NCBI RefSeq assembly: GCF_006345805.1
Contig: NC_042998.1
Span: 83,638,001-83,702,000 of the forward strand
Direction: 5' to 3'
Origin: Octopus sinensis
Lineage: Eukaryota
Length of the DNA stretch: 64,000 nt
Below the pieces are notes generated by a model, which was not told where the DNA came from, searched no databases, and was given only the letters and a program-made list of their open reading frames with translations. This document shows positions 12,601-26,600 of this stretch, piece by piece; position 1 is the first letter of the stretch, and each line of letters starts with the position of its first letter. A program made the position numbers and the translations under genes.

Positions 12601-15600
12601 ATCTACTCGCAATACCAGAGGGCGCACACTCTCCTACCCTGATGTAATCTCCAGGGATACAGGCATCCAGCAACAGGACCTCCGTAATGCCATGATGGAC
12701 CGTGAAGTCTGGCTTAGCATGGTAAATTCCATTGTCTCGACCATGGTCGAACAATGATGATGATATGTATATATGTATGTGTGTGTGTGTTATTTTTAAT
12801 CAGAGATTATAAAGAGATAATTTATTCATTCATGTGTGTGTGTATTATTTTTGATCAGCAGAATTTACAGTGACTCAAGGGCCAAGAGTTTAATGCCTAG
12901 CAGTTATCAAGCTTGTATGTGTATATGTATGTACACACACACACACACCCACTTACACACATTTTCTGTTCTATTTCTACTATCTGTATTACAAAACCCT
13001 TAGATAAATAGTACATCTGACCACTTTGCTCATGTAAGTTACTCAAATTAGGTCACAAACATGCACCCCCACCATTACCTTCATCGTTTTTGGTATGTGA
13101 AAGTCACTGGTGACAAGGAAACTTCCAGTAAATCTATGTGTGGGTGTGTGCTGTGCTTATGTGAAGATTCTGTTTCCATTGTAAATACAAAAAGTATTAA
13201 ATTTGACAGAGAATAGAATGCTTCAACAAATATCGTTAGGCATCTCACTATTGTGAGTTCAAACCTCATTGGGATCATTTTCCACCTTTTATATAATATA
13301 CATCTATAATAATGAATTTACTGTATACAATGCTCATCAGAAAAAGTGGCTAAAAGTGTATGAATAGTACATAGAATGATGCACAGAAAATAAACAGTTA
13401 ACAAGTTGTTTAAAAGAAAATGTGGGGCTGGGACATCAGGTGTGTTGTTGGCAAATTTCAGGAAGCAGGGAAGTTTTGAAGGATGTAGTGTCTCAACAGT
13501 TAACAACTGATGCAGGTAGTTTATTCCCTGCTTCAGCAATTCTGTGTGTGAAAATAAATTTTGTTGCATTTCAGAACTGTCATTTTTTTTTGTTTTGCCA
13601 AATAAACACATGCACTTATATATTTGTTCTTCACTCGTTCATTACTGTTTTTTTTTTAATTTTTTAAATTTTAACTCATGACCATTGTCCAGAAATCTTT
13701 CGTCACACATCTATATGACCTCTTCAGCGACACTTTTCGATTTTGTGTGTGCTTTTGTCACTGAAGAGGTCACAGATGTGTAATGAAAAATTTCTGGACA
13801 ATGGACATGAGTTAAAATTTTAAAAAAATAGCAGTAACAAACAAGTGAAGAACAAATATATAGTGCATGTGTTTATTAGCAAAAAGAAAAACAAAAGGCC
13901 ATCACAAAATACAACAATATCTGTTTCAACACACGATTTCACATCAGGAATCTCGCAACACAAATTGGTAAAAATAAAATTTTATTTTTGATAATAAAAG
14001 TAAGTACTAACAAGAGCACTCAGAGAGTGCAAACTTCCACCAAGGTAACACCGTCCTCTCAGTGATTAGCCAGAGATGATTTTTAAAATGAGAATATCTG
14101 AAATAAACACAACTGCTCTCACAAACGAGAATACTAAAAATTAACCTGACCACTCTCAAAAATTAAGTAAAAAAAAACAGGAAAAATAATCCAGAATCCT
14201 TGTCCAGAACTGGATCAATCCCCAAATCTAATCAGTTTGTGCCAACCATGAGGCCAAACATCCCTGAAAGTTTCATTCAAATCCATCCAGCAGTTCTTGA
14301 GATATCTTGTCCACAGACAAAAAGAACCCAACAAACACAACTGAAAACAATACCTCCGCCTTTGCTAAGGCGGAGGTAAATATTACTCTATTAATTAATA
14401 AAAGTAAGTACTAAATATTACATTATGGTTAATCCAATTAATTATACTTCATTCTTCAAATTTGTTTGCTTTGGGATTGCTTGGCTTTGGGTTCAGTCCC
14501 ACTGTGCAGAACCTTGAGTAAGTATCTTCTACTCTATCTCTGGGTTGACCAATGCCTTTTGTATCAGTATGGTACAGGAACTGTGTAGAAACCTGTTGTG
14601 TGTGTGTGTGTGTCTATATATGTCTGTTTGTCACCCACTTACCACTGTTTAACCCTTTCATTACTGTATTTATTTTGAGATGCTGTGTTTCTTTCAATCA
14701 ATTTTAAATATAACAAAGAATTTAGTAAAATAATTTAGTTATCATTAAGCTAGTGTTAGAAACAAATTGTGACTAAGGTTTGGTGGAAGATTTTAATTCA
14801 AAACTTATGAAAGCAAGACATTTGTACTACAGAGCCAGAGCTGGTTTCAGCTGGGTTGGTAGCGAAAGGGCTAACAACCACCTTTGGTTTGTTTATATTT
14901 CTTGACTTAGTAGTTCAATAAAAGAGATCAACAGAAAAAGCACCAGGCTTAAAAATACATTAGTATTTTGGTTGATTTGTTTGTCTAAAACCTTTCAGGG
15001 CAGTGCCCTAACATGGCCACAATCTAATGACAGACATAAGTAAAAGGTAATTGTTTCCCAACCACACGGTTCTGAGTTCAAGTCCCACTGCATGGCATCT
15101 GGAACAAGTGTCTTCTACTATAGCCTCAGGCTGACCAAAGCCCTGTAAGTGGTTTTGAAAACTTAGAGGAAAGACGCCCATCATGTGTGTGTATACACAT
15201 ATATATGTATGTGTGTATACCCACACACATATATGTATGTATACACACACATATATGTATGTATACACACACATATATGTATGTATACACACACATATAT
15301 GTATATATACACACACATGTATATGTATATATACACACACATGTATATGTATATATACACACACATGTATATGTATGTATACACACACACACATGTATAT
15401 GTATGTATATATACACACACATGTATATGTATGTATATATACACACACATGTATATGTATGTATATATACACACACATGTATATGTATGTATATACACAC
15501 ACACATGTATATGTATACACACTCGCACACATGTATATGTACGTACACACACACACACACGTATGTATGTATATGCACATACACACACACATGTATATGT

Positions 15601-16285
15601 ATGTATATACACACATGTCTATATGTATGTATATACACACATGTCTATATGTATGTACACACACATACATGTGTATATGTATACACACACATGACTCGCT
15701 TCTTTCAGTTTCTGTCTGCCAAATCCACTCACATGGCCTATTGCTATAATCTAAGACATTGAACCTAGGACCATGTGGTTGGGTAGCAAACGTTTTGCCA
15801 CACATCTATGCTTGCACTCATTTGTTTTCCAATGATATTGTTTCATCAGCTTGTTTTCCACTTAAGTCCTCTTTTGCCACTCACTGAGGAGAAAACAGCA
15901 GGATGTCACTTATGTGTGTATTTACTCTCGTATCATTTACATAATGATTGAAGTCTTTCTGTGTTGTGCCAATGGGATAATATTTTCTCATTAGTTGCAA
16001 TAAGATACCACAACTGTAAATATTGATTTCAGCATGGGAAAATCAAACAAGTTTAAAAATATAAAGAAATTTATTGATAAATATGAGTGAGATGAAAAGA
16101 CACAAAATAAAAGATATAAGAGCGTAGGAGTGGCTGTGTGGTAAGTAGCTTGCTCACCAACTACATGGTTCTGGGTTCAGTCCCACTGCGTGACACCTTG
16201 GGCAAGTGTCTTCCACTATAGCCTCGGGCCGACCAAAGCCTTGTGAGTGGACTTGGTAGACGGAAACTGAAAGAAGCCCATTGTA

Positions 16286-16324
<39 letters not shown>

Positions 16325-19300
16325 ATGTATGTGTGTGTCTGTGTTTGTGCCCCCAACATCGCTTGACAACCGATGGTGATGTGTTTACATCTCTGTAACT
16401 TAGCTGTTCGGCAAAAGAGACAGATAGAATAAGTACTAGGCTTACAAAGAATAAGTCCTGGGGTCGATTTTCTTGATTAAAGGCGGTGCTCCAGCATGGC
16501 CACAGTCAAATGACTGAAACGAGTAAAGAGTAAATACTTAGACCTTTTTTTTTTGTCTAAGGCCATTACAATCTTTCAATGAAATCGTGATTTTATGATG
16601 TTTTTGAATATTTTTTAATTAATTAATTACATGGTCACATACCATGATGTATTTATTTGTATTCATGCCCAAGTATGTGTGTCTACTTATCAAGTTACAC
16701 CTCTACCTGCTTGCCTCTGCTTATCTATTCTACCTATCTGTCTATTCTACCCCCTCCCTCCTGAAAAGTAGAAATTGACAGCAACTGCTTTTAGTTCGTT
16801 TGTGGAAGGGATTTTGTGATTATAATCTTTTCAAATTGCTGGTGTGTGTGGAGAAGGAGCAAGGGTGTCCTTGTTGATTGACTTTATTGGTTCAAAATGT
16901 GGAGCATCGTTTGTTTGTCTGTGAAGATCACTGCAGGAAGTCATGTGTTATGACTTTGTTTTGTGAAGGTGTTTTCTCTTGGCTTTGTAGAGCAGATCTA
17001 ATTAGGTTAATTGGGGGCTAAAAGTGTATGAAGAGACAGGTGTCTTCAAGTTGGTCCACAATGTGGTGAGATGTTGCTTGGCCTGGTGGAACAGAATAGC
17101 ATGATACTCCTTTATTCTGTTACTTGTTTTAGTCATTTGACTGTGGCCATGCTGGAGTACCGCCTTAAAGGATGTTAGTCGAAGAAATCAACCCCAGGGC
17201 TTATTCTTTGTAAGCTTGGTGCTTATTCCATCAGTCTCTTTTGCCGAACCACTAGCGATGTCAGGTGGGGTTGTCAAGTGATAGCAGGGGGGAAAACACA
17301 GACACACATGCACAAATATATACACACATATACGAGGGGCGTTCAATAAGTAATGCCCCTGACCCACTTCCCATAGCAGTAGAGCAACGAAACTTGGCAC
17401 AGTTATTAGTCTTTTTCTACATAGGAACCACCCAGAGTTACGCATTTCTCCCATCGTTTGATGTGGCTCTGGAGACCGTTTTTGTAGAAGAACCCAGCTT
17501 GGTCCTCCAACCTCAACGTGACTTCAGAAATCAAGGCTGCATCATCTGGGAAACGCTTTCCTTTCAAAAACAACTTCATGATTGGGAAGAGGTGAAAATC
17601 AGAGGGTGCAAGGTCAGGAAAGTAGGGGGGGATGGGGAGGAGTTCATAGCCATACGCCTGTGCTTCTGATCTGGCGACAAGCGAGTTGTGGACCGGAGCG
17701 TTGTCCTGCAGGAGGAGGATGCCTTTGCTGATCTTGCCTCGCCTCTTGATTTTGATAACTTCTCTTAATTTCCTCAAAAGTGAAGCATAATAGGCTCCTG
17801 CAATTGTGGTACCCTTTGCCAGGAAATCTGTCATCACTACTCCGTCCTGGTCCCAGAAGACTGTGAGCATGACATTGCCAGCGGAGGGCTGCACCCTTGC
17901 CTTCTTTGGAGGGGGTGAGTCACGGTGCTTCCACTGCATTGACTGGGCTTTGGTCTCTGGATCATCGTGATGGACTCCGGTTTCATCCTGTGTAATCAGT
18001 CTTTTGAAAAATTTTGACTCATCTTCTTGGCACATCTCCAAATTCACCCTCGAGCACTCGACGCATTCTTGCTTCTGGAAAGGCATGAGCAACCTGGGAA
18101 TCCATCTGGCAGACACCTTTTGCATATGCAAATGGTCATGAATGATAGTTTCCACAGACCCGGTACTAATCTTGACCTCATGGGCTATTTGGCGAATAAT
18201 TATGCGTCGATCTTCCAAAATGGCAGCCTCAACTTGACGGACAGATGCCTCATCAATGGTAGAAGGAGGCGACCAGATCTGGGAGCTGTTTCCACAGAGT
18301 TCCGACCATGTTTGAATTCACGATGCCAGCGTTTTACAAGGTCATATGATGGGGCATCATCACCATAAGTTACTTTCATTTCATCAAAAGTCTCCCGTGG
18401 TGTGCGTCCTTTCAAATACAAAAATCGGATCACTGCTCGACACTCAACAGGCTCCATTTCACACTTGACTCGGTTCAAACACCTGTAAATCAGAAACCAC
18501 AATTAATTCAGTGCTGTAATTTGCCACTTAATCTATAGAGATATAAATGATTGCACATGCAAAATTTCAGCTAGATCAAACAACTGCAAGTGGGTCAGAG
18601 GCATTACTTATTGAACGTCCCTCGTATATATATATAAGACAAGCTTCTTCCAGTTTCCCTCTACCAAATTCACTCACAAGGCTTTGGTCAGTCCGAGGCT
18701 ATAGCAGAAGGCACTGGCCCAAAGTGCGATGCAGTGGGACTGAACCCAGAACCATGTGGTTGGGAAGCAAGCTTCTTACCACACAGCCATGCCTGCACCT
18801 ATGATTAGCAAATTTGTATAGGAATTGATGAGCAACTTGCTTGTGGTTGAATGTGTTTGTGGGTGAAGAACAGTTGGTGTGTGGTGTTAGTAGCATTTCA
18901 TGTCTCACAGTTATATGCATTCATATATGGAGGTACATTCATACATAGATGAGTTACACACAACATACAAGCATTTACAGATATGCTAACAAAATATACA
19001 GTTTTAAATGACATGCACTATACATAAAATACATGTGGAATCAATGCTAACACTGCTTACTTGTTAAAATTGCTCTTTTCATTTGATGCTGAATATCCAT
19101 ATTTATGTTTGTGGCTCTAACTTTCTGCAAGTAAAATCTCATTTTTATATCTAAAATTGGATTTGAAGCTTCTTCAGGGGAATAGCTTAGAAACAATGAG
19201 AGAAAATTTACTATTGCATATAAATACAATAATAAATGGAATAAAATTTAATAAAGTAAATTAATTCTGCCCTGAAATACATTAAACACTTACCTACAGT

Positions 19301-22300
19301 GACAATGAGAAATTGAGAAATATAAATGTAAAATAGAATGAAATCAAACAAGAAGCTTCATATTCAGTTTTAGCTACCATAAAAAGTCAATGGTTTTGCT
19401 CACAGAAACATGTTTATCTGAAGTTATAAATGCAAATTTATGTACAGCTGTTTTGTATGAAATGAGGTTATTTAATAATGGGGAAGCAATATTAGAGTCG
19501 GAATTCAGAATATAATTTCTCTGGAGCTAGTTTGTTCTAGGACCTTGAATTAGTTTCAAATTTGATTGTAAATTCTGTTCAGACTTTTCGTTTTTTTTTG
19601 TGTGTGTGTGTGTGTGTGTTGTTTATTCTGTAATCAATGATCAAGTACCCTCAGCCATAAACCCACTTCAAGTGCTATTATCATTTAAAGCAATAAAGTA
19701 AAACTTTTCCTATTTTACTATCTTCTGGCTTGTTTCAATCATTAGACTGTGGCCATGCTGGGGCACCACCTTGAAAAGTTTAATCAAACAGTACTTATTC
19801 TTTTTTAACTTTGGCACTTAATCTATTGGTGGACATCAGAACATCCAGACTTACCTAAATTTTTTTTCTTCTTCCAAGCTCTTAGAATTCATAGGGTTGG
19901 TTCTCCAGTATCTATGGCATATAAGTGAATGGGACCCCAGTTCATTGCAGGGTTCAAAGTCTACAATTTCAAGAAGAGGGGGCAAGTCAATTACATTCAA
20001 CCCAAATAGTTGACTGGTGTTTTATTTCATCAACCCTAAAGTAATGAAAGGCAAAGTCAACTTCCATGGGATTTGAACTCAGAATGTAGAATACCAGAAA
20101 TAATACCACTAAGCATTTTCTGCCAGCTCATATTATCACTTGATTAATGTATTTCAGAGAAGAATTAATTTACTTTATCAAATTTTATTCCATTGAAGGC
20201 AGCAAGCTGGCAGAATCATTAGCACACCGGGCAAAATGCTTGGCGGTATTTCGTCTGGCGCTACATTCCAAGTTCAAATTCCGCTGAGGTTGACTTTGCC
20301 TTTCATCCTTTCAGGGTCAATAAATATTAAGTACCAGTTGCGTACTGGAGCCAATCTAAGTGACTGCCCCCACCCTACCCTGTCCCCCCAAATTTTGGGC
20401 CTTGTGCCTAGAGTAGAAAGGAATTATTAGCATGCCAGGTGAAATGCTTAACAGTATTTCCTCTGTCTTTATATTCTGAGTTCAAATTCCACTGAGATTG
20501 ACTCTGCATTTTGTCCTTTCAGGGTCAATAAGATAACTAGTTGAGTGCTGGGATTATTTTAATCAATTTTGTCCTTCCCTCAAACCTGCTGGCCTTGTGT
20601 TAAAATTTCAAACCATTTTTTATTCCATTGGTAAAGTTCAGATTTCATAGTTATGATTCATTGAAAATAAAGTTATCATTGACTATTATGTTTGATGTTA
20701 ACGTATTTGTTACTTACTGAAATCACTTTTGTTTCTTTTCCCTACATCAGCTCCATGGATTTGAGACAAGTGCCATTAACTCTGTTCAACTCTCAAATCA
20801 TACAGGTAGGTCATATCATTATTTTGATATTCACTTTTCCATGCTGGCATTGATCTGACTAATATCATTCATGGATAACAACAAATATTCTAGTGGTCGA
20901 TGACAGTACTGCCTGAGTGGCACATAAAAAGCACTATTCGAGCGTGGTCGATGCCAGTGCCAGCTGACTGGTCCCATGCTGGTGGCACTTAAAATGCACC
21001 ATTCGAGTGTGGTCATTGCCAGTGCCACCTGACTGGCTCCCGTGCCGATTGCTTGTAAAAAGTACCATTGAAGCATGGTTGATGCCAGTACCACCTGACT
21101 GGCCCTTGTGCCTGCGACACATAAAAGGCACTCACTACACTCTCAGAGTGGTTGGCATTAGGAAGAGCACCCAGCTGTAGAAACTTTGCTAGATCGGATT
21201 GGAGCCTGGTGCAGCCTTCTGGCTTGCCAGTCTTCAGTCAAACCGTCCATATATAATATATTTAATGTAGTCATTTGTTTTGGCTGGTCAGAAAGTAACA
21301 TATTGCTGCTTAAAATATTTTTGTGACCTATGAAAAACTGACCGATATGTATGGATTTATCACTTCAGCTAGCCTGAGTAAAAGGTGAAAGAGCTGTTCT
21401 AGTGCTGCTTTGTTATAAACACACACGTCTATTTCCTTAATTTCTACAGGTTATCAATATTTCAAGGGTCAAGTACTTGGTGCTAAAGAGATTGACGAGT
21501 TATATGAAGGGCTCAAGCTGAACAAATTAAACAGTTTCTCTTTCATTCTGACAGGTAAGTGTAAATCTAAAACAAAAGCAAATTTTCCTAAAATTTTTAT
21601 TGCATATTAAAGAATGAAAGTTGAATTGTTTACAGGAGTGGGTCAGACAATACCAAGGTGAACAGGCTTCCTGTACAGCTATGATGTGTCAATGATCAAG
21701 TCACCATTCTCTAGCTATTTGGACTGGTGACTCTGTTCTATTTTAATGTTGGATTACCTACTGGAATGTTTTTGGTTCAAATACATTTCAAAGATTCTTT
21801 TGTTGTGAATGTGAGTAATTCACTTAATTCAACAATAATCCTAGCATGCTCATCTGTTGAAAGCACCTGGGAATGTTATCTATCATACATGTATATGTGT
21901 GTGTGTGCCTTATCCATATATAAATTCTCTCTTTTGCTTATATATATTTATAAAACCAGGGCTTAGCACAGACTCAAAAACTCCCATCCCCTCAGGGCTT
22001 ATGAGCCATTATGTGACTCATTATCTTTCAGCAATTATGTTCTTTCTAACAGTTTGTGAAAATTTTTGAATTTTTGGTTTTGTCTTTGCTAACCTGAGAT
22101 AGAATCTCTGGAAACAGACTGGACAAATCAAAAGCATGTTCAGAAGAAAGGCACAAAAGTTGAAGTTGGTAGTACAAAATATTTAAATTGAAACAAAAAT
22201 AAATCTCAGAAATTTATATATATATATATATATATACATATAAAAGTAAATAAATGGCACAACGAAGCACCGATACTTACTGGAAAATAGCGAACGTAAT

Positions 22301-23648
22301 AAATACGACGCTAATGTATAGCTTCACTGCGTATGTACTAGTAAAGATGCGTGTGTGCAACAAACATTTTTTCATGTTTGTTGCACACACGCGTCTTTAC
22401 TAGTACATACGCAGTGAAGCTATAAATTAGCGTCGTATTTATTACGTTCGCTATTTTCCAGTAAATATCGGTGCTTCGTTGTGCCATTTATTTACTTTTA
22501 TATGTATAATTTTACCCTTACGGGCTATAATAATAATAATAATAATAATAATAATTGTGTACAGTGCTCAGGTGCACTACAACTCATCTAAAGTGTATAT
22601 ATAATCAGGTGTAGTTTCGGCGGATTTCGGAAAGCATGAGGCCTTAAAAGATGCAGTGTCATGGCAGTCAACAACTGACACAGGCAGTTTATTCCATGCT
22701 TCAGCAACTCTGAGCGTGAAAAAATGTTTCCGAAAGTCATGGGAGCTGTATGTTTTCTGACTTTGTAGGCATGTCCACGTGTGTTAGACACATGGAGATC
22801 AAAAAGGTGTTCAGTGTTGTTGTTGGTGAGGTGGTTGATAACTTTGTGGGTGTTTACCAAGTCCGTCGCCAAATGCCGGAGCTTCAGTGAATCCATGCCC
22901 AGGGAAACAAGGCGCTCAGAATATGGTAGGTGTCTGATGGAGGGTATGCGTTTGGTTGCACGTCTCTGGACAGATTCCAGGAGGTCAATGTTCTGTGCAA
23001 GATAGGGGTTCCAAACTGATGATGCGAATTCCAAGTGTGGTCGTACCATAGCTGTATACAGTTTTAAATAGATGGCTGGAGAGCGGCTAACAAAAGACCT
23101 GCTGAGTGATGCCAAGACACCCTCGGCCTTCCTGACAATCTTAGAGATATGCTTTGACCAACGCAAATCACTGCTGACAGTGATGCCTAGGTCACGCTCG
23201 CAAGAGGATTTCTTGATATCAGTGTTGTGGAGGGAGTATGTGAACGCAGGGTTTTTTCTCCCAAAATGCATGGTGGTACACTTGTCCACAGCCAGTTTCA
23301 GTTGCCAGTCTGTGATCCATTGCTGCATTGTGTCTAGGTCTGATTGCAGGAAAGAGTTGTAGACATCAGGATCTGTCCTCTTGATTTCAAGGTACAGCTT
23401 GATGTCGTCTGCATATTTCAATACTGTGGCATTCTTTAAATTGGCATCTATGTCGTTAATGTATGCCACAAACAAGAGGGGACCAAGGACAGATCCCTGT
23501 GGTACACCCGATGACATCTCATATGGTGTAGAGTGCTGTCCTAGAACTGTGACTACCTCCTTTCGGCTGAGGATGAAGGATTTCAACCAGTTAAAAAGGT
23601 TTAAAAATTGCTTTACTGGAAAGCAATACTCTCGTATTGCATTACTAT

Positions 23649-23688
<40 letters not shown>

Positions 23689-26600
23689 TCCTTGTCTTGC
23701 AAGCTCATTGAGGCTGGTGCCACATATAAAGTGCTAGTGTTGGTCCCATGTAAAAAGTACCCAGTACACTCTGTAAGGTGGTTGGCATTTGGAAGGGCAT
23801 CTTGGCTTAGAAGCCATACCAAAATACAATTGGAGCCCAGTGCTGTGCTATGGCTTGCCAAACCAAGGTACATAACTCTAGCTGGCTTGGATGGAGTGAA
23901 TTCTGGAGTCTGAAGAAACTGGTGTTGGTCTGTGTTGCAGAGGGAATGTAGAATCAGATGATACTTCAAGTAAGAGGTAAAAGTAGAGAAATAACAAACA
24001 GAGAGAACAACAGACAAAGCAGTAACACCTTGAAAATAATAGTTTAATTGTTGTAAGGGGACATCTTGATCCTCATCATTATTTAACGTCCACTTTGCCA
24101 TGGTTGTATGGGTCAGACAGAATTTATTCTAACAGACTTTCTACTACTGGGTGCCCTTCCTGTTTCCCAGCAAAAAAATATTCTCATGGCCAGACATTTT
24201 TTAAGACTAGAAATTAATGATCTCACTTATATGATGGTGAGGCTCATTTACAAGGAGTACACACACACACACAGGTTTTATTTTCTGTCTACCATATCCA
24301 CTCATAAGACTTTAGTTGGCCCAGGGCTATAGTACAAAGGACTTGCTCTAAATATTGTGCAGTGGGACAGAACTCAAGACCACATGGTTGGAAAGCAAAT
24401 TTCTTAGCCATACATGCTTTCAACTAAGCGTAAAGAGTTGAGTAGCAGTGATATTGCTACTAGGCCTGTAATTACGTGGGTAAATAACTGAAGTGAAGGG
24501 GTAAAGTGACAGCATGAGAGAAACCTAAGGTGGGAGGTGAACAAAAAAGGGGGAAGCTAGTAATTGCAGAGGGAATGTAGAATCAGATGATGCTTCAAGC
24601 AAGATGTACGAGTAGAGAAATAACAAATAGAGAGAACAGCAGACAAAGCAGTTACACCTTGAAAATAATAATAATGGTTTCAAATTTTGCCACAAGGGCA
24701 GCAATTTTGGGGAAGGGATGAAGTTGATTACATTGACCCCAGTGTTCAACTGGTACTTATTTTATTGACCCTGAAAGGATGAAAGGCAAAGTCGACCTCA
24801 GTGGAATTTGAACTCAGACTGTAGCAGTAGACGGAATGCCATTAAGCATTTCACCCAGCGTGCTAACGATTCTGCCAGCTCACCACCTTTGGAAAGTAAT
24901 AATAATAATTCTTATTACTATATGCACAAGACATGAAATCTTGTGAGAGGGAGCTAGTCAATTACATCAACCCCAGTGCTCAACTGGTACTTATTTATTA
25001 ACCTGAAAAGGATGGACAACAAAATTGACATCTAAGTATTAAAAACCAGAAGGAATGCTGCTAAGCATTTTCCCAACATGCTGTTCTGCCAGCTTACCAC
25101 CTTATTATTAGTAATAGTAAAATAATAATAATGATAAAAAACACTGGTTCAGTCCATTTAGTTGTAAACATGTTTGATGGTGTAACAGGTCCTTACTGTA
25201 GGATTGGTGGAACATTGTAAATTATCAGTTCAATGTGTGTGGCGACAATGTTGCCACTGTATGTTTTAACCAATTCTATTATCACATCACCAATATGGAC
25301 ATATTATGAATAAACTATATATGTTATAAATTATTTCTCATTATAAGTTCACTATATAGTTGTCACTCATTTTATATGTATTATAGATTAAGGAAGTCTG
25401 ATATTTGATGTGTTCTTCCCCCCCCCCCAATTGTGTGTGTGTTAAATATATCTTTTTGTAACTCAGACATTGGATGTGTAGTTAAGATGTTTGATTCTCA
25501 TCCATATGGCTTCAGGTTCAATCCCACTGTAAAGCACCTTTGGCAAGTGTCTTATACGATAGCCCCCAGGCTAGCCAATGTCCAGTAAAGGAATTTAAAT
25601 GTTTACAATCTACACCAAGCTACAATTATGAACGGTGACATCCTTATTTGTGACTTAACTGAAACTGGTGACATTTGTTGATATTTGCTGTGTTCTAGTC
25701 CTGAACTTCTGAATTCCTCATCATCATCATTTAACATTGCTTTCCATACTGACTTGGGTCAGATAGTTTGGCAGGAGCTAGCAAGCCAGAGGGTTACACC
25801 AAGCGTGTTTTGACATGGTTTCTACGGGTGCAATGCCTTTCTGACTGCCAACCACTTTACAGAATATACTGGGTGCCTTTTACATGATACCGGCATAGGT
25901 GCTTTATTTAAAACAAGGTGTCTGAACAGATGATTTTTTTACGTGGGACCAGAACAGGTGCCTTTTTACATGGCACCAGAACAGGTGCCTTTTTACATGG
26001 AGCCAGAACAGGTGCCTTTTTATGTGGCACCAGTACCAGCAGGGTCACAAAAACAATGAAAAATCCCTTACTTGAAAAGTTGGTTATGTTTGACAACAGG
26101 AAAAGCTTCTGACTATAAAAATCATGCCTGAAATACCTCCCTCAATCACATCAAAGCTGTGCTTAAATGAATGAGTGAATTTCTTTTTGTTCAACAATTT
26201 TTATTCCTCTGTATAGTTACTGTTTTATGGTTCAGGTTGACCGTTGAAATTTCTCAGTACTAAGGTTGACTTATTGTTTATATTCTTTTTTTATATTTTC
26301 TGAATGAAATCCACATTACCTCTGTCATTAAAGAGTGTCAGAAACTAAAAAAATGCAATGAAATCTTTCTTTCAAATACTAAAATTGTCTATATTTGATA
26401 ATAAAATTTTACGTTATGAGAGAGGTTTTTTTTCAATTAAAATGTACCTGAATGTCTAAATTCAATGCTTCTGGTTAACACTTCATAAAATACATGTTTA
26501 TTATGTTGCACTGGCACGAGTTCTTATTTATGTGTCTTCACTGACAGTTTCATGTCATTGGCTTACTATGCTATTTTACATATCAAGCTTTCTATTCTAG

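Larger units (their letters stand above)
17110..18800 (-). mobile_element. Bipartite SINE split by the mariner insertion (halves 17110..17332 and 18625..18800)
   Basis: The SINE tail half lies left of the mariner and the head half lies right of it. The insertion TA is in the SINE's central microsatellite. Confidence 0.8.

Noticed and set aside
15945-16020. Other minus-strand exon-like segments (also about 13085..13180, 21775..21870 and 26445..26520)
   Set aside because: Phases do not chain with each other or with 19061..19185, some contain stops, and such segments are expected by chance in AT-rich introns.
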